The notes under the pieces: generated by a model | Databases searched by the model: none | What the model was told of the DNA's origin: nothing | What the model saw: only the letters and a program-made list of their open reading frames with translations | Position numbers and translations under genes: made by a program | In this document: positions 1-12,090 of the stretch, one piece after another | Layout: every line of letters starts with the position of its first letter | Position numbering within the stretch: position 1 is the stretch's first letter | Source of the DNA: Octopus vulgaris | Lineage: Eukaryota | Assembly (NCBI GenBank): GCA_951406725.2 | Contig: OX597833.1 | Location: forward strand, 8,184,001-8,248,000 | DNA: 64,000 nt | Direction: 5' to 3'

Positions 1-93
1 GTCAAGTACTGGCAGGGGTTGGATGTAATCGACTCCCCTGAAATTGCTGGCCTTGTGCCGACATTTGAAACCAATAATTCTGTTACTATTCTC

Positions 94-510
94 AAGGCAG
101 CAAGATGGCAGAATTGTTAGCAGACCAGGCAAAATGCTTAGCGATATTCCGTCTGCTGTTACGTTCTGAGTTCAAATTCCGCCGAGGTCGACTTTGCCTT
201 TCCTCTTTCGGGGTCAATTAAATAAGTACCAGTTATGCACTGTGGTCGATATAATCGACTTAATCTGTTTGTCTGTCCTTGTTTGTCCCCTCTGTGTGTA
301 GCCCCTTGTGGGCAGTAAAGAAATAGGTATTCCGTCTGTCTGTCTTTACATTCCGAGTTCAAATTTTGTTGAGGTCAGCTTTACTTTTAATCCTTTCAGA
401 GTTGATAAAGTAAGTACCAGACAAGTACTTCAAACATAAAGTACCAATCAAGTACTTCAAAGCTCTCCTTTCAAACCTGCTGTACCTGTGCCAAAATTTG
501 AAACCATTAT
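94..510 (+). mobile_element. SINE family A (two adjacent copies)
   Basis: tggcagaattgttag...gttctgagttcaaattccgccgaggtcgactttgcc...taagtaccag. Confidence 0.82.
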
Positions 511-1651
511 TATTATTACTGTTCTTGTCTACCTTGGTTCCTTTACATGCATTCCACCACACCTGCAGTAATCTGATCCAGAGGGTGCATTGCATATCCG
601 AATGCAAACTTGAGTGAGTCATAAATGAAGGCTGATCAAAAGTAACATTCTATGCAGGTGAGTCAAATTTTCTCTTTCTCGTTTCTCTTGCAGAAATACA
701 GAAAGCGTCAAGAATGGAAGATTTCAAACTGACACAAAACACGAAAAGCTACAACAGGATAATAATGTATTGGAGACACCAACCACAGCAACTTAGAGAT
801 GACCAGTTTCTTGAATGTGGGTGGGTCTTTTGTGTTGAGTGGAGAGCCACTAGATGGCGGGGGGGGGGGGGGCATCTGAGATCAAAACAAAGAACGTTCC
901 CCATAGTCAGATCATCACAAGGACAGCTGACTTTGTCCAGCAGGTACAGGACATGATTATGTGCGGGCCCTTTCCAGTGGGTTAATGGGAGATGAGACCA
1001 GCAGGTGAAGGTGGTGAAGCCCACAATAAGATGTGTGATGCAACACAAGGGCATCGGGTAGCAGTCCTACATAATGGGGATAGAGAGGGGCCATGTGAGT
1101 GATTCGTGTTTGACAAGACCTGGGAGAACCTTGTGGTTATGTTGGCTTCCAAACTCTCCAGAGTTGAATACCCTGAACAAGTACATCTGAAGGATCATCA
1201 GGAATGGGGACCATTGCCGAAAACTTACTGGGGTTGCTATAATGAGCAACATGGGCAGGGGGCACCTATCCATGACAGGCGGTCACTCCTTTGGCTGTTG
1301 AGAGCAGTTCTGTACAATAACTGACCACTTCTTGTCAATGTATTGGGATGGGGTTTTTTTGCTGTTCAATGTCTTCAGTTTTTCCTAGTGTTTTGTGTTG
1401 GTCACAAATGCCCAATGCACTCTGGATGGCCATTTCTCTGTTTAGACAAAATTGAGATTTTTCTAAACACTTTCATTCCGGTGAAGCAAGTCGTTATCTT
1501 TACTGCTAGATCAGCTTTCATCAATATTTTCTAAAACTTAATGAAACAAACAAGTGGAAACTGTTGTTGAGCCAGCAGACTGAGGCGTGTAGAAGCAAGC
1601 AACGGCATTGATTACACAAGAACTAAAGTGTCACCTAAACTCATGATTATT

Positions 1652-1963
1652 TTGTTGTTTGTTCCTTCCTTCTCGAGCCATGCCTGGCTCATAAGGGCCG
1701 GTTTCCTGGTTTCTTGGCGTATAGGTTCCCCACCTGAATGGGATGCCGGTCCGTCTCAGGTGAGCTGCAAGATGCAGGAGGAAAGAATGAGAGAAAGTTG
1801 TGGGCGAAAGAGTCAGCAGACGTTCACCATTACCTTCTGCAGGAGCCACGTGGAGCTTAGGTGTTTCACTCATAAACACACACATCGCCCGGTCTGAGAT
1901 TCGAACCCGCAATCCCTCGACTGCGAGTCCGCTGCTCTAACCACTAGGCCATGTGCCTCCACA
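1652..1963 (-). mobile_element. tRNA-headed SINE family C
   Basis: tRNA-like head tggcctagtggttagagc...ggttcgaatc followed by taagctccac; (AAC)n-like tail. Confidence 0.85.
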
Positions 1964-2550
1964 AACTCATGATTGTACGATTGCATGGCTGCCGGTCAGT
2001 AGAATGGTATTGGAACTGCAGGCGGACGTTAAACGATGATGATGATGATGATGATACAGCAAAGTTCAAGAAATGGAGAATCTGGGATAACAACAGATGA
2101 TCTGCTGCCAATTAGAGACAGCTACGTTAACCGAGACTACCATCACTAACAACAACAACAACAACAACAGGAATAAGAGTTGAGGGAGAATGGTGTCCAG
2201 TGGGCAAGAGTGTAATGGTCAGTTTCGAAGAGGAAGTGAAATGGTTATCATGGTGGCCATCAGATGTGGAGGTTAGGAAGGTCAGACGCAGATGAGATAG
2301 CTTACAAGAAATTGTCTATAAAAAACATTTTGAAGCTAATTAAATATGGTAAATACAGGAAAGAGGGTGGGGTGGGGGGGAGACAATGCTAATTAGAATA
2401 TGTCCATGAAACAGCAACAACAACAACAATAGTAATATAGGACCAGAGCTAATGACAAATCAGAATTAGAAACAAGGTCATGTGACTATAAGAGACAGAT
2501 AACGTTGAAGGCAAGAAGGAAAAACATAGCTATCATCATCATCATCATTG

Positions 2551-2583
<33 letters not shown>

Positions 2584-3061
2584 AGACCTTCTTGTTGTTG
2601 TTCTTGTCACTGTCAACTAAATCTAATATTCTTTCCATGCCTTGAGCAAGGATGTTGTCATCACTTCGCCCATCAACTTGAAGGAGAGGTAAGGTAGTAG
2701 TGGCATGGTGATAGTGGTGGTGGTGGTGGTGGTGGTGGTGGTACTGAAGTGGTGTTGGTGATGGCAGTGGTGATGATAGTCAGGATAGTGGGAGTGGCGT
2801 GGTGGTGGTGGTGGTGGTCGTCGTCATCGTTGTCATGGTGATGGTGGCTTACTAGAAAGCAGCTAACCTTACTACAAAACAGGGAGACTCAGCTTTCTGT
2901 CCTTAACAGAAGCCATCAATATGAGTGATGAGTAACGAGAGAGTTAATCAAGGCGAGTGATAAGAGAGAGCTAATCCAGTCATCACTGGGAACAAGGAAA
3001 TGTCATATCAGATAAATTCAATCACACACACACTCACAAAATATACATACATACATACAAC

Positions 3062-3103
<42 letters not shown>

Positions 3104-3308
3104 CAGTATTATACAGCAAATAAAGAATTTTAAAAGCTGGTGGGTGTGTGTGTAGGTGATGAAGAGAGGATTTATCTAAACTGAGATATGTTAATCTGAA
3201 AATTACACTTGCCTGGCTGACTGAGAACACTATTACAAGAGACCTACAATCATTTACACATTCTTATGAGCTCCTATAAGTATGTATATATATATATGTG
3301 TATATGTA

Positions 3309-3353
<45 letters not shown>

Positions 3354-3653
3354 ATCATAGCTTGTGTGTGTGTACATATATATACACACATACACAAGCT
3401 ATGACGTGTATGAATAGAATTTTAGGTATGTCGCTCAATGACTCCTAGGTGGGTGTATATACACACGTATTACTAGCTTCAAGAAACAGCCAACATAACA
3501 TAAGCAAAACTTGGTCTCTGACACATCTTGGAAGTCAGTCATTCCAAACTAGAATGGACTTGGGTAAGGACAGCTTGTCCAAACCCATGTCAGCATGGAA
3601 AAGTGGGCAGATGATGATGATGATTTTGTATACACACATACACCTATATATAC

Positions 3654-3690
<37 letters not shown>

Positions 3691-3801
3691 TAGATAGATA
3701 AAACTTACTTGAAAAAGGATGCATGGCATTCGATCATATGATAATATAGATATATGCATATATACATACATATATGTACATACCTACATATATATATATA
3801 G

Positions 3802-4124
3802 AGAGTGGTTGTATACTGTCAACTTAACGTGACAGTCCTGTAAGGGAATTACACCACCGCTGTTTAGCCCTAGGAAGCATCGACGCCTCCTGTCAGCCTT
3901 GACACATTTCCTGTGTCCTTATATATTTAGGAGGCATCGATGCTTCCTAGGGCTAAACAGCGGTGGTGTAATTCCCTTACAGGGCTGTCACGTTAAGTTG
4001 ACAGTAAACAACCACTCTATCGCTCCACCACCGCTCATGTTACTCTGAGTTTCACGTTCCCGTTCATCGAAAGTGAAACTCAGAGTAACAGGTTTTGTTG
4101 AATTTTCTGCTGCTTTTAAATAAA

Positions 4125-4125
<1 letters not shown>
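3802..4125. repeat. Fold-back element in (TA)n: 90-bp inverted repeat plus 18-bp inverted repeat, probably Penelope-related
   Basis: Arms 3802-3891 / 3929-4018 (3 mismatches) and 4038-4055 / 4073-4090 (perfect). Confidence 0.85.
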
Positions 4126-4167
<42 letters not shown>

Positions 4168-5597
4168 TGCGTGTGTGTGTGTGTGTAACATCATTATCAT
4201 TTGTTTTTAATGTCCGCCTTTATTGGCTTGCACAGGATGAACAGAGCTCATTGAAGCAGATTTTTGTTGGGCCAGAAACCCTTTCTGTTGCCAACCCTCA
4301 CTTGTTTCCATATAAGGTAATATTTCCCCATGGACTGACATGTTGTCAAGGACAACACTGCTTCTATGAAATCAGGAAAAACAAAGAAAGAATGGAAAAA
4401 ATAATGTGGCTGACACTTAACATATTCATTCAGGAAATTCCTACGTGACCCCTCAATCTGTAAGAAATAACAGCCAAATCTCCCTCAAATCACAACCCAA
4501 TCTCTCTCTTGAAAAGTATGTGCACATTAAATAATGTACTCCAAGATACGTTATGTCTGAATAAAAGATTGGAATGTATTTGATCATAAGTGTACCTGAA
4601 GAACAAGGAGCTGGAATTGTTTTAAGTCCAAGTTCTGACCTGGACTTCAAGAAATCTGTTTCAGGCACTGAATACTCAAAGTCCTCAACTGTCCTTTTAA
4701 CCCCAAAACAATAAGACAAAACAACCTTCAATGATTTCCCAGCCCTTCATTGTGAAGAATCCTTCACAATGAAGGTCTTTGAGAGAAATCTATGTTGAGC
4801 AATATAAAATCTAGTGTTGCTGCCAGCCATGGCTTCCACCCACCTGTCATAAGCTCACAGTTTTCCATATTTGGAGGGTAAGGAACCACTGTTTCAGGGT
4901 CAATGTTTGTGGATGCTACCTCAGTATTTCACCCTTACATGTTCACCAAATAGCATTCGAAGTTTCAGAGAGTGAGGTGTGAGCAGGACCCTATCCTTAT
5001 GTAGAACCACTCCAACTGGACACTGTCCACTTCATTTATTTATAGAGATTACAAAATGTTACAAAAATGGGCACACTCCATATATAAGCAATAAAGTGAA
5101 CAGAATTCTGAATGCAATATCATAGATTCCAAACCGTTTTTGGTCAAGCAAAGTTACCAGCTGGTTTCATCTAAAGACAGATTTGTCTAAACATAAAACA
5201 TGAGCAAATAACCACCAGACATGATTCTCTGGTGAAATTTTCTGCTGAAGGAAGTCTGACTTTACATGTGTTTGTAATAGTTCACCAGGTCATAGTATTT
5301 GGTAACTGTTTGCGATATTCAGCCAGGAATTACTAAAAGGTGCCGTTAATGTTCAAGAATTGCTGTGCATCTCCCTCGCATCTTGTTGGCTAATAACTGC
5401 AATTGTCTGCCACTGTTTAATGATAACATTTCGTTTGACAAGAGTCTGTGTTCCCATCAGCCATTCTGCCAAACGACTTCATCCTGGCTTACAGTTATGT
5501 CTTTTACTGATGGAGTGAAGGGTGGCAGACCTACCCTGGTAGCAAAATACCCAAAGTATTGGCATGGGAGTTTGACTAATTCATATAAAAGAATAAC

Positions 5598-6076
5598 AAT
5601 TCTTACTTATTTTGGTACAAGGTCTGCAAATTTAGGGAGAAGGGGTCAGTCAATTACATCAACCCCACTATTCAACTGGTACTTTATTTTATTGACCCCA
5701 AAAGGATAAAAAGTAAAGTTGACCTTGGCAGATTTTGAATTTGAAATGCAAAGACTGAGAATCTGCCTCAAAGAATTTGGCCCAGCATGCTAACGATTCC
5801 ACCAGCTCACCACCATAATAATGATGATGATAATAATAATATTTACACAGAGGCGAGCTGGCAGAAACGTTAGCACGCCGGGCAAGATGCTTAGCGGTAT
5901 TTCCTCTGCCGTTAGGTTCTGAGTTCAAATTCTGCCAAGGTCGACTTTGCCTTTCAGCCTTTCGGGGTCAATAAAATAAGTACCAGTTGCGCACTGGGGT
6001 CGATGTAATCGACTCAATTCCTTTGTCAGTCCTTGTTTGTTCCCTCTGTGTTTAGCCCCTTGTGGGCAATAAAGAA
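5598..6076. mobile_element. Head-to-head pair of SINE family A (- 5598-5813, + 5851-6076)
   Basis: Heads ggtgagctggtggaatcgttagc (-) and ggcgagctggcagaaacgttagc (+). Confidence 0.82.
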
Positions 6077-6618
6077 AAAAATATTTACACAGAGGGATGG
6101 TTAAGAAGTTTCCTTTAAAATATGTGGTTTCATGTTCAGTCCAGCAGCATGGAACTCTTGCTCAGTGTCTTTTACTATAACCAAAGGATGACCAATATCT
6201 TGTGAGGTGATTTGGTAGGTGAAAACTGTGCAGAAGCCCATGGTGTGTGTGTGTGAGTGTGTGTACACAAATAACTAGAGAGAGATATAAAGGTGCAAGT
6301 GTGTGTCTATAAATAAATATGTGTGTGTATGTGTGTGTGTTTGCATGAGTATGTGTGAGTGTGTATGTGTAAAAAGCGCTTCTTCTCTGAGCCAAGAGAC
6401 ACCAGTGGAGCAATGTTCCCACAGTTCTCCATTTTAATGGTAAGACAGGTTTGACTAGATTACCATTAGTCAATGGGAAGAGACTTAAATAACAGACAAG
6501 CTATTGTAATTCCAACCATGCCTTTCCAGTTCTAAACAACTTTTCTGTGTCTTTCAATATGTTTTATTGCTAAATCTCTCTTTACTCGTCCTTCAGTAGT
6601 AAAATCCCCCCACCCACC

Positions 6619-6666
<48 letters not shown>

Positions 6667-9600
6667 TTTTCTTTCTCACGGATACACAATGGTCTTGAGA
6701 AAAATTAATCTAATCTCAGATAAAACAACACCTGAATAAAAGCCAGGTCAATTACTCTTTAAGCATCTTTAATCGGGGAGGTGGGTTGGGGTCTGCTTGA
6801 CAGCAACTGCCCTAGGGTTAAACAGCAACAACAACAAAAAGAAAGAACACATCAGATATCATCATCATCATCATCCTGTCCAATGTCCAATTTTCCATGC
6901 TTGGATGGACCGGATGATATTCATTCAGCCAGATTTTCTGTAATCAGATGCCCTTTCTGCCAGCAATCCTCACCTGTTTTGAAACAGGGTAATATTTCCC
7001 TATGACCAGACAGGTTTTTCACTGAGAATTGGAAACGAAGGACACTGCTTGTATAACGGTGACATTCGTTTACAACTACCACATGAGGTCAAGGAGATAG
7101 TAACACATATATAAACATATATATATGCATATATGAGACAGTAACATGCACAAACACACACATACATACAAACATACAGGTACATATACACATGTATATG
7201 CCCACAGTGGGTTTCTCTTGGATTCCATTGACCAAATCCACTCCCAAGGCTTTGGTCAGTCCAAGGCTATGATAGAAGACACTTGCCCTGTACGCTGCAC
7301 AATGAGATTGAACCTGAAGCCCCACGGTTCAGAAATGATCTTCTTAACTGCACAGCTCTGCCTGCACCTAGGTAACTGTATCTAATTTAGGAACAGGGCC
7401 AGTACTTTTAGGAGGAGGGGGTTCGTCATTTAAATCAACCTCAGTACCTGACCAGTACTTTATTTCATTGACCCCAAGAATTGTGAAAGGCAACGTTGAC
7501 CCTGACCGGATTTGAACTCAGAATCTAAGCATTCAGATACATTTGGTAATGTGATCCTAAAGACACTATGATTGATAAAAAAAAAAAAGATGGGATGGTC
7601 ATGGCTGGAGTGCGAGCTGAGGGAGGACAAAAACATGTCGATCAAACGTGAATCAATTTAAATGGAAAATGATAAACATTTGTGAGAGGTCATCAACTGC
7701 TACAGTTAAACTGTTGTTTTCAGTCAAGGCAGCATTATGGGCCCCGGAGTAAATCAACACGCTGGACCCTATATATTGACAATAAACCACAGAATACAGA
7801 GATCGGAATTGGGCCTCTCCACCCGTAAGGGCCCTGGGTAACTGGCCAGTGTGTCTATACCTTAAGACAGCCCTGTACACACACAAACAAAGCACAGAGG
7901 TGCACTACGCATATGACCTGAGGTCAGGACATCTCTTTCGAAACTGCGCCAAAAAATACCAACATGAATGTATACAAACGTATGCGTACGTACGTACATA
8001 TACAACCATACACAACATACATGTACGCATTACGTACATATAAACACTACGTGCATCTACACAGTTCATATACACTCCTTATACACTCGTCAAACTACGT
8101 TACACACACACACGTGCCCAAACGCATACACACTATGGACGTATTCATATGTACACACACATTCACTCAGTCACGTACACACCTACACTGCAAACACAGT
8201 CGTTATTGTTGTTCGTGGTGTTACAATTATTGTTTTGTTGCCGCTAAAGTTGTTATCCAGCATAAACTCAGATCTATGAGCGAAGCTATTTCAAGCGTGA
8301 CCACCACTCTGACTCTTATTTTAATTTACAATGCATACAAGACTCCGTAACCCAACGTGCCCCTCCCTTTTTTTAAGACAGAAAGATATAAACTGAAGGA
8401 GATTTGGGTGCTATTTCTAGCGAACTGAGGCACCATCTTTAGTTCGATTTTGTGACTCCTGCCTGAACTGTAATTGAGTGCGAATCCCAGGTCAGTTGTC
8501 CTTGAGTAAACCTTTGATTTGGGTGATTTCTCTCTGAGCATTACTCAAGTGCAATATGATGCAGCGTTAATGCATATCGAGTGTCACTTGAGATAATTAT
8601 TTACAACGATTGAAGTGGCGGGTAAAGTTGAGTGAGACCATACATATATATACATATATATATATTAAAAATGGGGAAGGCCGGTTTATGAGATTACCTT
8701 AGGGTTCCCGTCCATATAAAATATGTGTGTGTGTTGAACTCTTTTTTTTTTTTCATTTTAATCTTTTTCAATTATGTTCTTTGTTTTGTCCCGTTTTCTC
8801 GTTTGATTTTGTAAAACGGTAAACACTGTGAATGCAATAAAAAGATTCACCTCTCAGATTCACACACCACGCACATATGTAAACATATTTACACACGAAG
8901 ATAGGTGACAGGTAGAAAGATAGATAGGACAGGCCGAAAAGCAGGTGAGGACAGGTGTGAACGAGTGTGTATTTATGTATATTATATATATATAATGTAA
9001 GACTGTGTGTGGACAAGTGCTGGAGATTCTAGTTACGAGCCCATAGCCATGAAAAGTATTTAATAAACACCCACACATGATATTTTATATCAGCAACATC
9101 GAACATCGTAATAATTGTGTTGAACGTGAATGGAATAAATAATACGTATGTAGATATGTGTATGTGTATATATATATATATGTATGTATGAGTAATTTGT
9201 GTAGATATATACGTACGTAGAATGTATGTATGTGTATGTAGGTATACAGGTACCAATGGTTAAGTATGTAATTTGTGTTCTGCCAAAGTGTTCGTCGATC
9301 GAATGGAAGCGAAGGAATTCAGCACTGAGTCATGTTCTCGCCATTTAACAAATATCTAAAAATTCCTCATCCAAGACATTTAATTCTCTGTAATTAAGGG
9401 ACTCGGAGAGTAAAACCACACATTTTTATCCTCGTGATTAATAGAGAGGACTTTGCTAAACCGAGCAACGAACCGTCTTTAACCAACATACACACATACA
9501 TATATGTGTATACACAAACATACACACATACATATATGTGTATACACAAACACACATACATACATATATGTGTATACACAAACATACACACATATATATG

Positions 9601-10315
9601 TGTATACATAAACATACATATATGTGTATACACACACACAAACACACATACACACAGGACATAGTTTTGTGAAGACGGAATAAACAACAACGTCAATCAA
9701 ACAGCAACGATTCTAAAATAAAAGATAATTATAGCAAAAAAAAACATTGCCAATTTAGTTGAAAAGCAAACGACACGACCCCGAGTTCAAATACCAATAA
9801 TGATTGCCAAAAAATAAGGTACCAGTCATACATTAGGCTGAAGGAACCGACAAGACCCCCGCCCCCTAAATGACTGGCCTTGTGTCTAAACTAGAATTAT
9901 TATAACTATCATCATTTTAATTATTTACGGACAGAATTAATACAGCGACAGAGTATTATAAATATCTGACAGCGATTTTGTTTAGTAACGATCTTTTAAG
10001 TTATGAGTTCAAATCGCGGCCGGGTTGACATTCTCTCTCAACCTTCCGGGTCCGCGAGTACCAGTTACATACTGGGGTGATCACGATTTCTAATTTACCA
10101 GTGCCTCATCAAATACACAAGGACGTGGTCCCGTAAGTAAACGAGAATCCATCGTTTATGATCATTATTATTGTGCTGCTGTCCGCCCACACATGTCTCG
10201 GAAAGGCTGGGCTGGGTTTGTATGAAAGTCTGTCTCTGTGTCGCCCTTCACGAGTCGGGGTTGGAAAGAAAATGGGCAAACGGGGGGGAAAGAGCAAAAA
10301 GAAACTTCTCCTTAC

Positions 10316-10434
10316 GTGTCGGACATCACGGGGATGACCAAGTGTCGGACAACGGCATAATCGGCGTAGAGGAGGGCTCCGTAAGTGATTAGTAAACACA
10401 CTATGCCGCACGGGTCGGAACGAAACACTGCCAT
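10316..10434 (-). CDS. ZDHHC3: First coding exon of a DHHC palmitoyltransferase, ZDHHC3/7-like
   Basis: MAVFRSDPCGIVCLLITYGALLYADYAVVRHLVIPVMSD(T) resembles the ZDHHC3/7 N-terminus (FxxDxCGIxC...LYA[DE] TM1). Good Kozak context gccaagATGG; donor AC|GTAAG at 10315-10311. The DHHC domain itself is not seen in the window. Confidence 0.75.
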
Positions 10435-10540
10435 CTTGGCTCCTTCATAATTCTCAGCAGAAACGATCAGCTCGGCGTTGATTGGTCGAAAATGATTTCC
10501 TCGCTTGACCCACCTCACACCCCAATCAGCTGATATGACA
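10430..10540 (-). promoter_or_regulatory. Putative promoter/5'UTR of the ZDHHC gene
   Basis: CpG-rich non-repetitive stretch; YY1-like GCCATCTTGG overlaps the ATG (10430-10439); CCAAT boxes in both orientations (gattgg ~10480, ccaatc ~10522). Confidence 0.5.
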
Positions 10541-10550
10541 ACTCATAGCC

Positions 10551-10588
<38 letters not shown>

Positions 10589-10740
10589 CACAATACATAC
10601 ATACACACAAACACACACGCATGCACAACATAACATACACAAACACACCCATCAAACACGCACATACACACAACACAGATGTACATACACTTACACACAA
10701 GACACAAACATACATACACATAAACACAAAGGCTTATACA

Positions 10741-10779
<39 letters not shown>

Positions 10780-11203
10780 ACACACTCACACTCACGTTCT
10801 AATTAATTAAGATTGTAATTAGTTTTGTGAAGGATTTAGTGAGGCTGGGTCAGCTGGTCACAGTGTGTGTGTGTGTACGTTTAAAGATGTGTGTGTATAT
10901 AAAATTGTATTACACGTGTGTGTGTGTGATATACTGCGGTGCCTCGAAATAAGATTTAGAGCCGACCTGTTGCTAAGGGTGTGGCCAACCGTTGCTAGGC
11001 AATAAACAAAATCGAACATGAGAAAGAGAGAGAGAGAGAGGGAACTGAGGAGGTTCGATCTCGATTCGTTGGCATCTTATAATATGTGGGTGGGGAGGGA
11101 CCTTTTTTAATTTAATGTCGGCAGCTCAAGTCTTGATATTTTGGTACTGTTTGTGGTCAACACAACAAGCGATTCTCACTGTAACATGTTGATCATACAC
11201 ACA

Positions 11204-11243
<40 letters not shown>

Positions 11244-11359
11244 CGTGACGGGTTTCTGCACAGTTTCCATCTCCTAATGACCTGTTAATCGGGTTTGAGA
11301 GTATATCTGTGCATATAAGCTCTGCAGATGGCTATAATAGATAATAATAATAATAATAA

Positions 11360-11552
11360 TAAGGGCACATGGAAAGACCCGTGGAGACTGGAACCTTTCT
11401 GCATCTCCTTCCAGTTGCAGCTAGTGTATGACCCACTCCCAACGCCAACAAATCTGTACAGATGGGGTTTGATGGAAGACCAGCTGTGTAGACTTTGTGG
11501 AGAAAGGGCCCCACTGGCACACATCATGTCTGTGTGGGTCATGTTGGACTGC
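11360..11552 (+). mobile_element. HERO/R2-type (RLE-clade) LINE fragment with zinc knuckle
   Basis: WRLEPFCISFQLQLVYDPLPTPTNLYRWGLMEDQLCRLCGERAPLAHIMS matches the conserved region around the CCHC motif of HERO-type elements. Confidence 0.7.
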
Positions 11553-11744
11553 TGAACTCCACACGTTTTATTTCCCCCATTCTCTCTCTTTTTATTTCCT
11601 TTTATTCCTTTCTGTCGAATTCTGTAGACTCAAAATGCAAAAGACTTTTCCATTTTTCCTAAATGTCAAACTAATACACCTGCTTGTTGTTGTTCAAACA
11701 CCTGTCTTCCTCTTTTGTTTATCTATAAATTTCAACTATATATA

Positions 11745-11962
11745 TCATCATCATCGTTTAACGTCCGTTTTCCATGCTGGCATGGGTTGGACGGTTCAAC
11801 TGTGGTCTGGGAAGCCAGGAGGCTGCACCAGGCCCAGTCTGATCTGGCAGTGTTTCTACAGCTGGATGCCCTTCCTAACGCCAACCACTCCGAGAGTGTA
11901 GTGGGTGCTTTTTATGTGCCACCTGCACAGGTGCCAGACGAGGCTGGAAAATGGCCACGATC
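11745..11962 (-). mobile_element. Short RTE 3'-end copy (non-autonomous or 5'-truncated)
   Basis: Reverse complement of 15040-15230 (ggaagggcatccagctg...aacccatgccagcatggaaa...tgatgatga). Confidence 0.85.
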
Positions 11963-11972
11963 GATATATATA

Positions 11973-12008
<36 letters not shown>

Positions 12009-12010
12009 TG

Positions 12011-12087
<77 letters not shown>

Positions 12088-12090
<3 letters not shown>

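Noticed and set aside
655-720. Donor GTGAGT and acceptor TTGCAG 36 nt apart on the + strand
   Set aside because: Too short for a typical intron, and the flanking ORF has no recognisable product.
950-1600. Possible Gypsy integrase remnant on the minus strand (WSPFLM, WKGP)
   Set aside because: Only short, weak motifs; no LTRs or catalytic triad could be verified.
7914-7926. Perfect everted repeat TGACCT-g-AGGTCA
   Set aside because: Isolated single motif beside a degraded MITE-like sequence; insufficient evidence of function.
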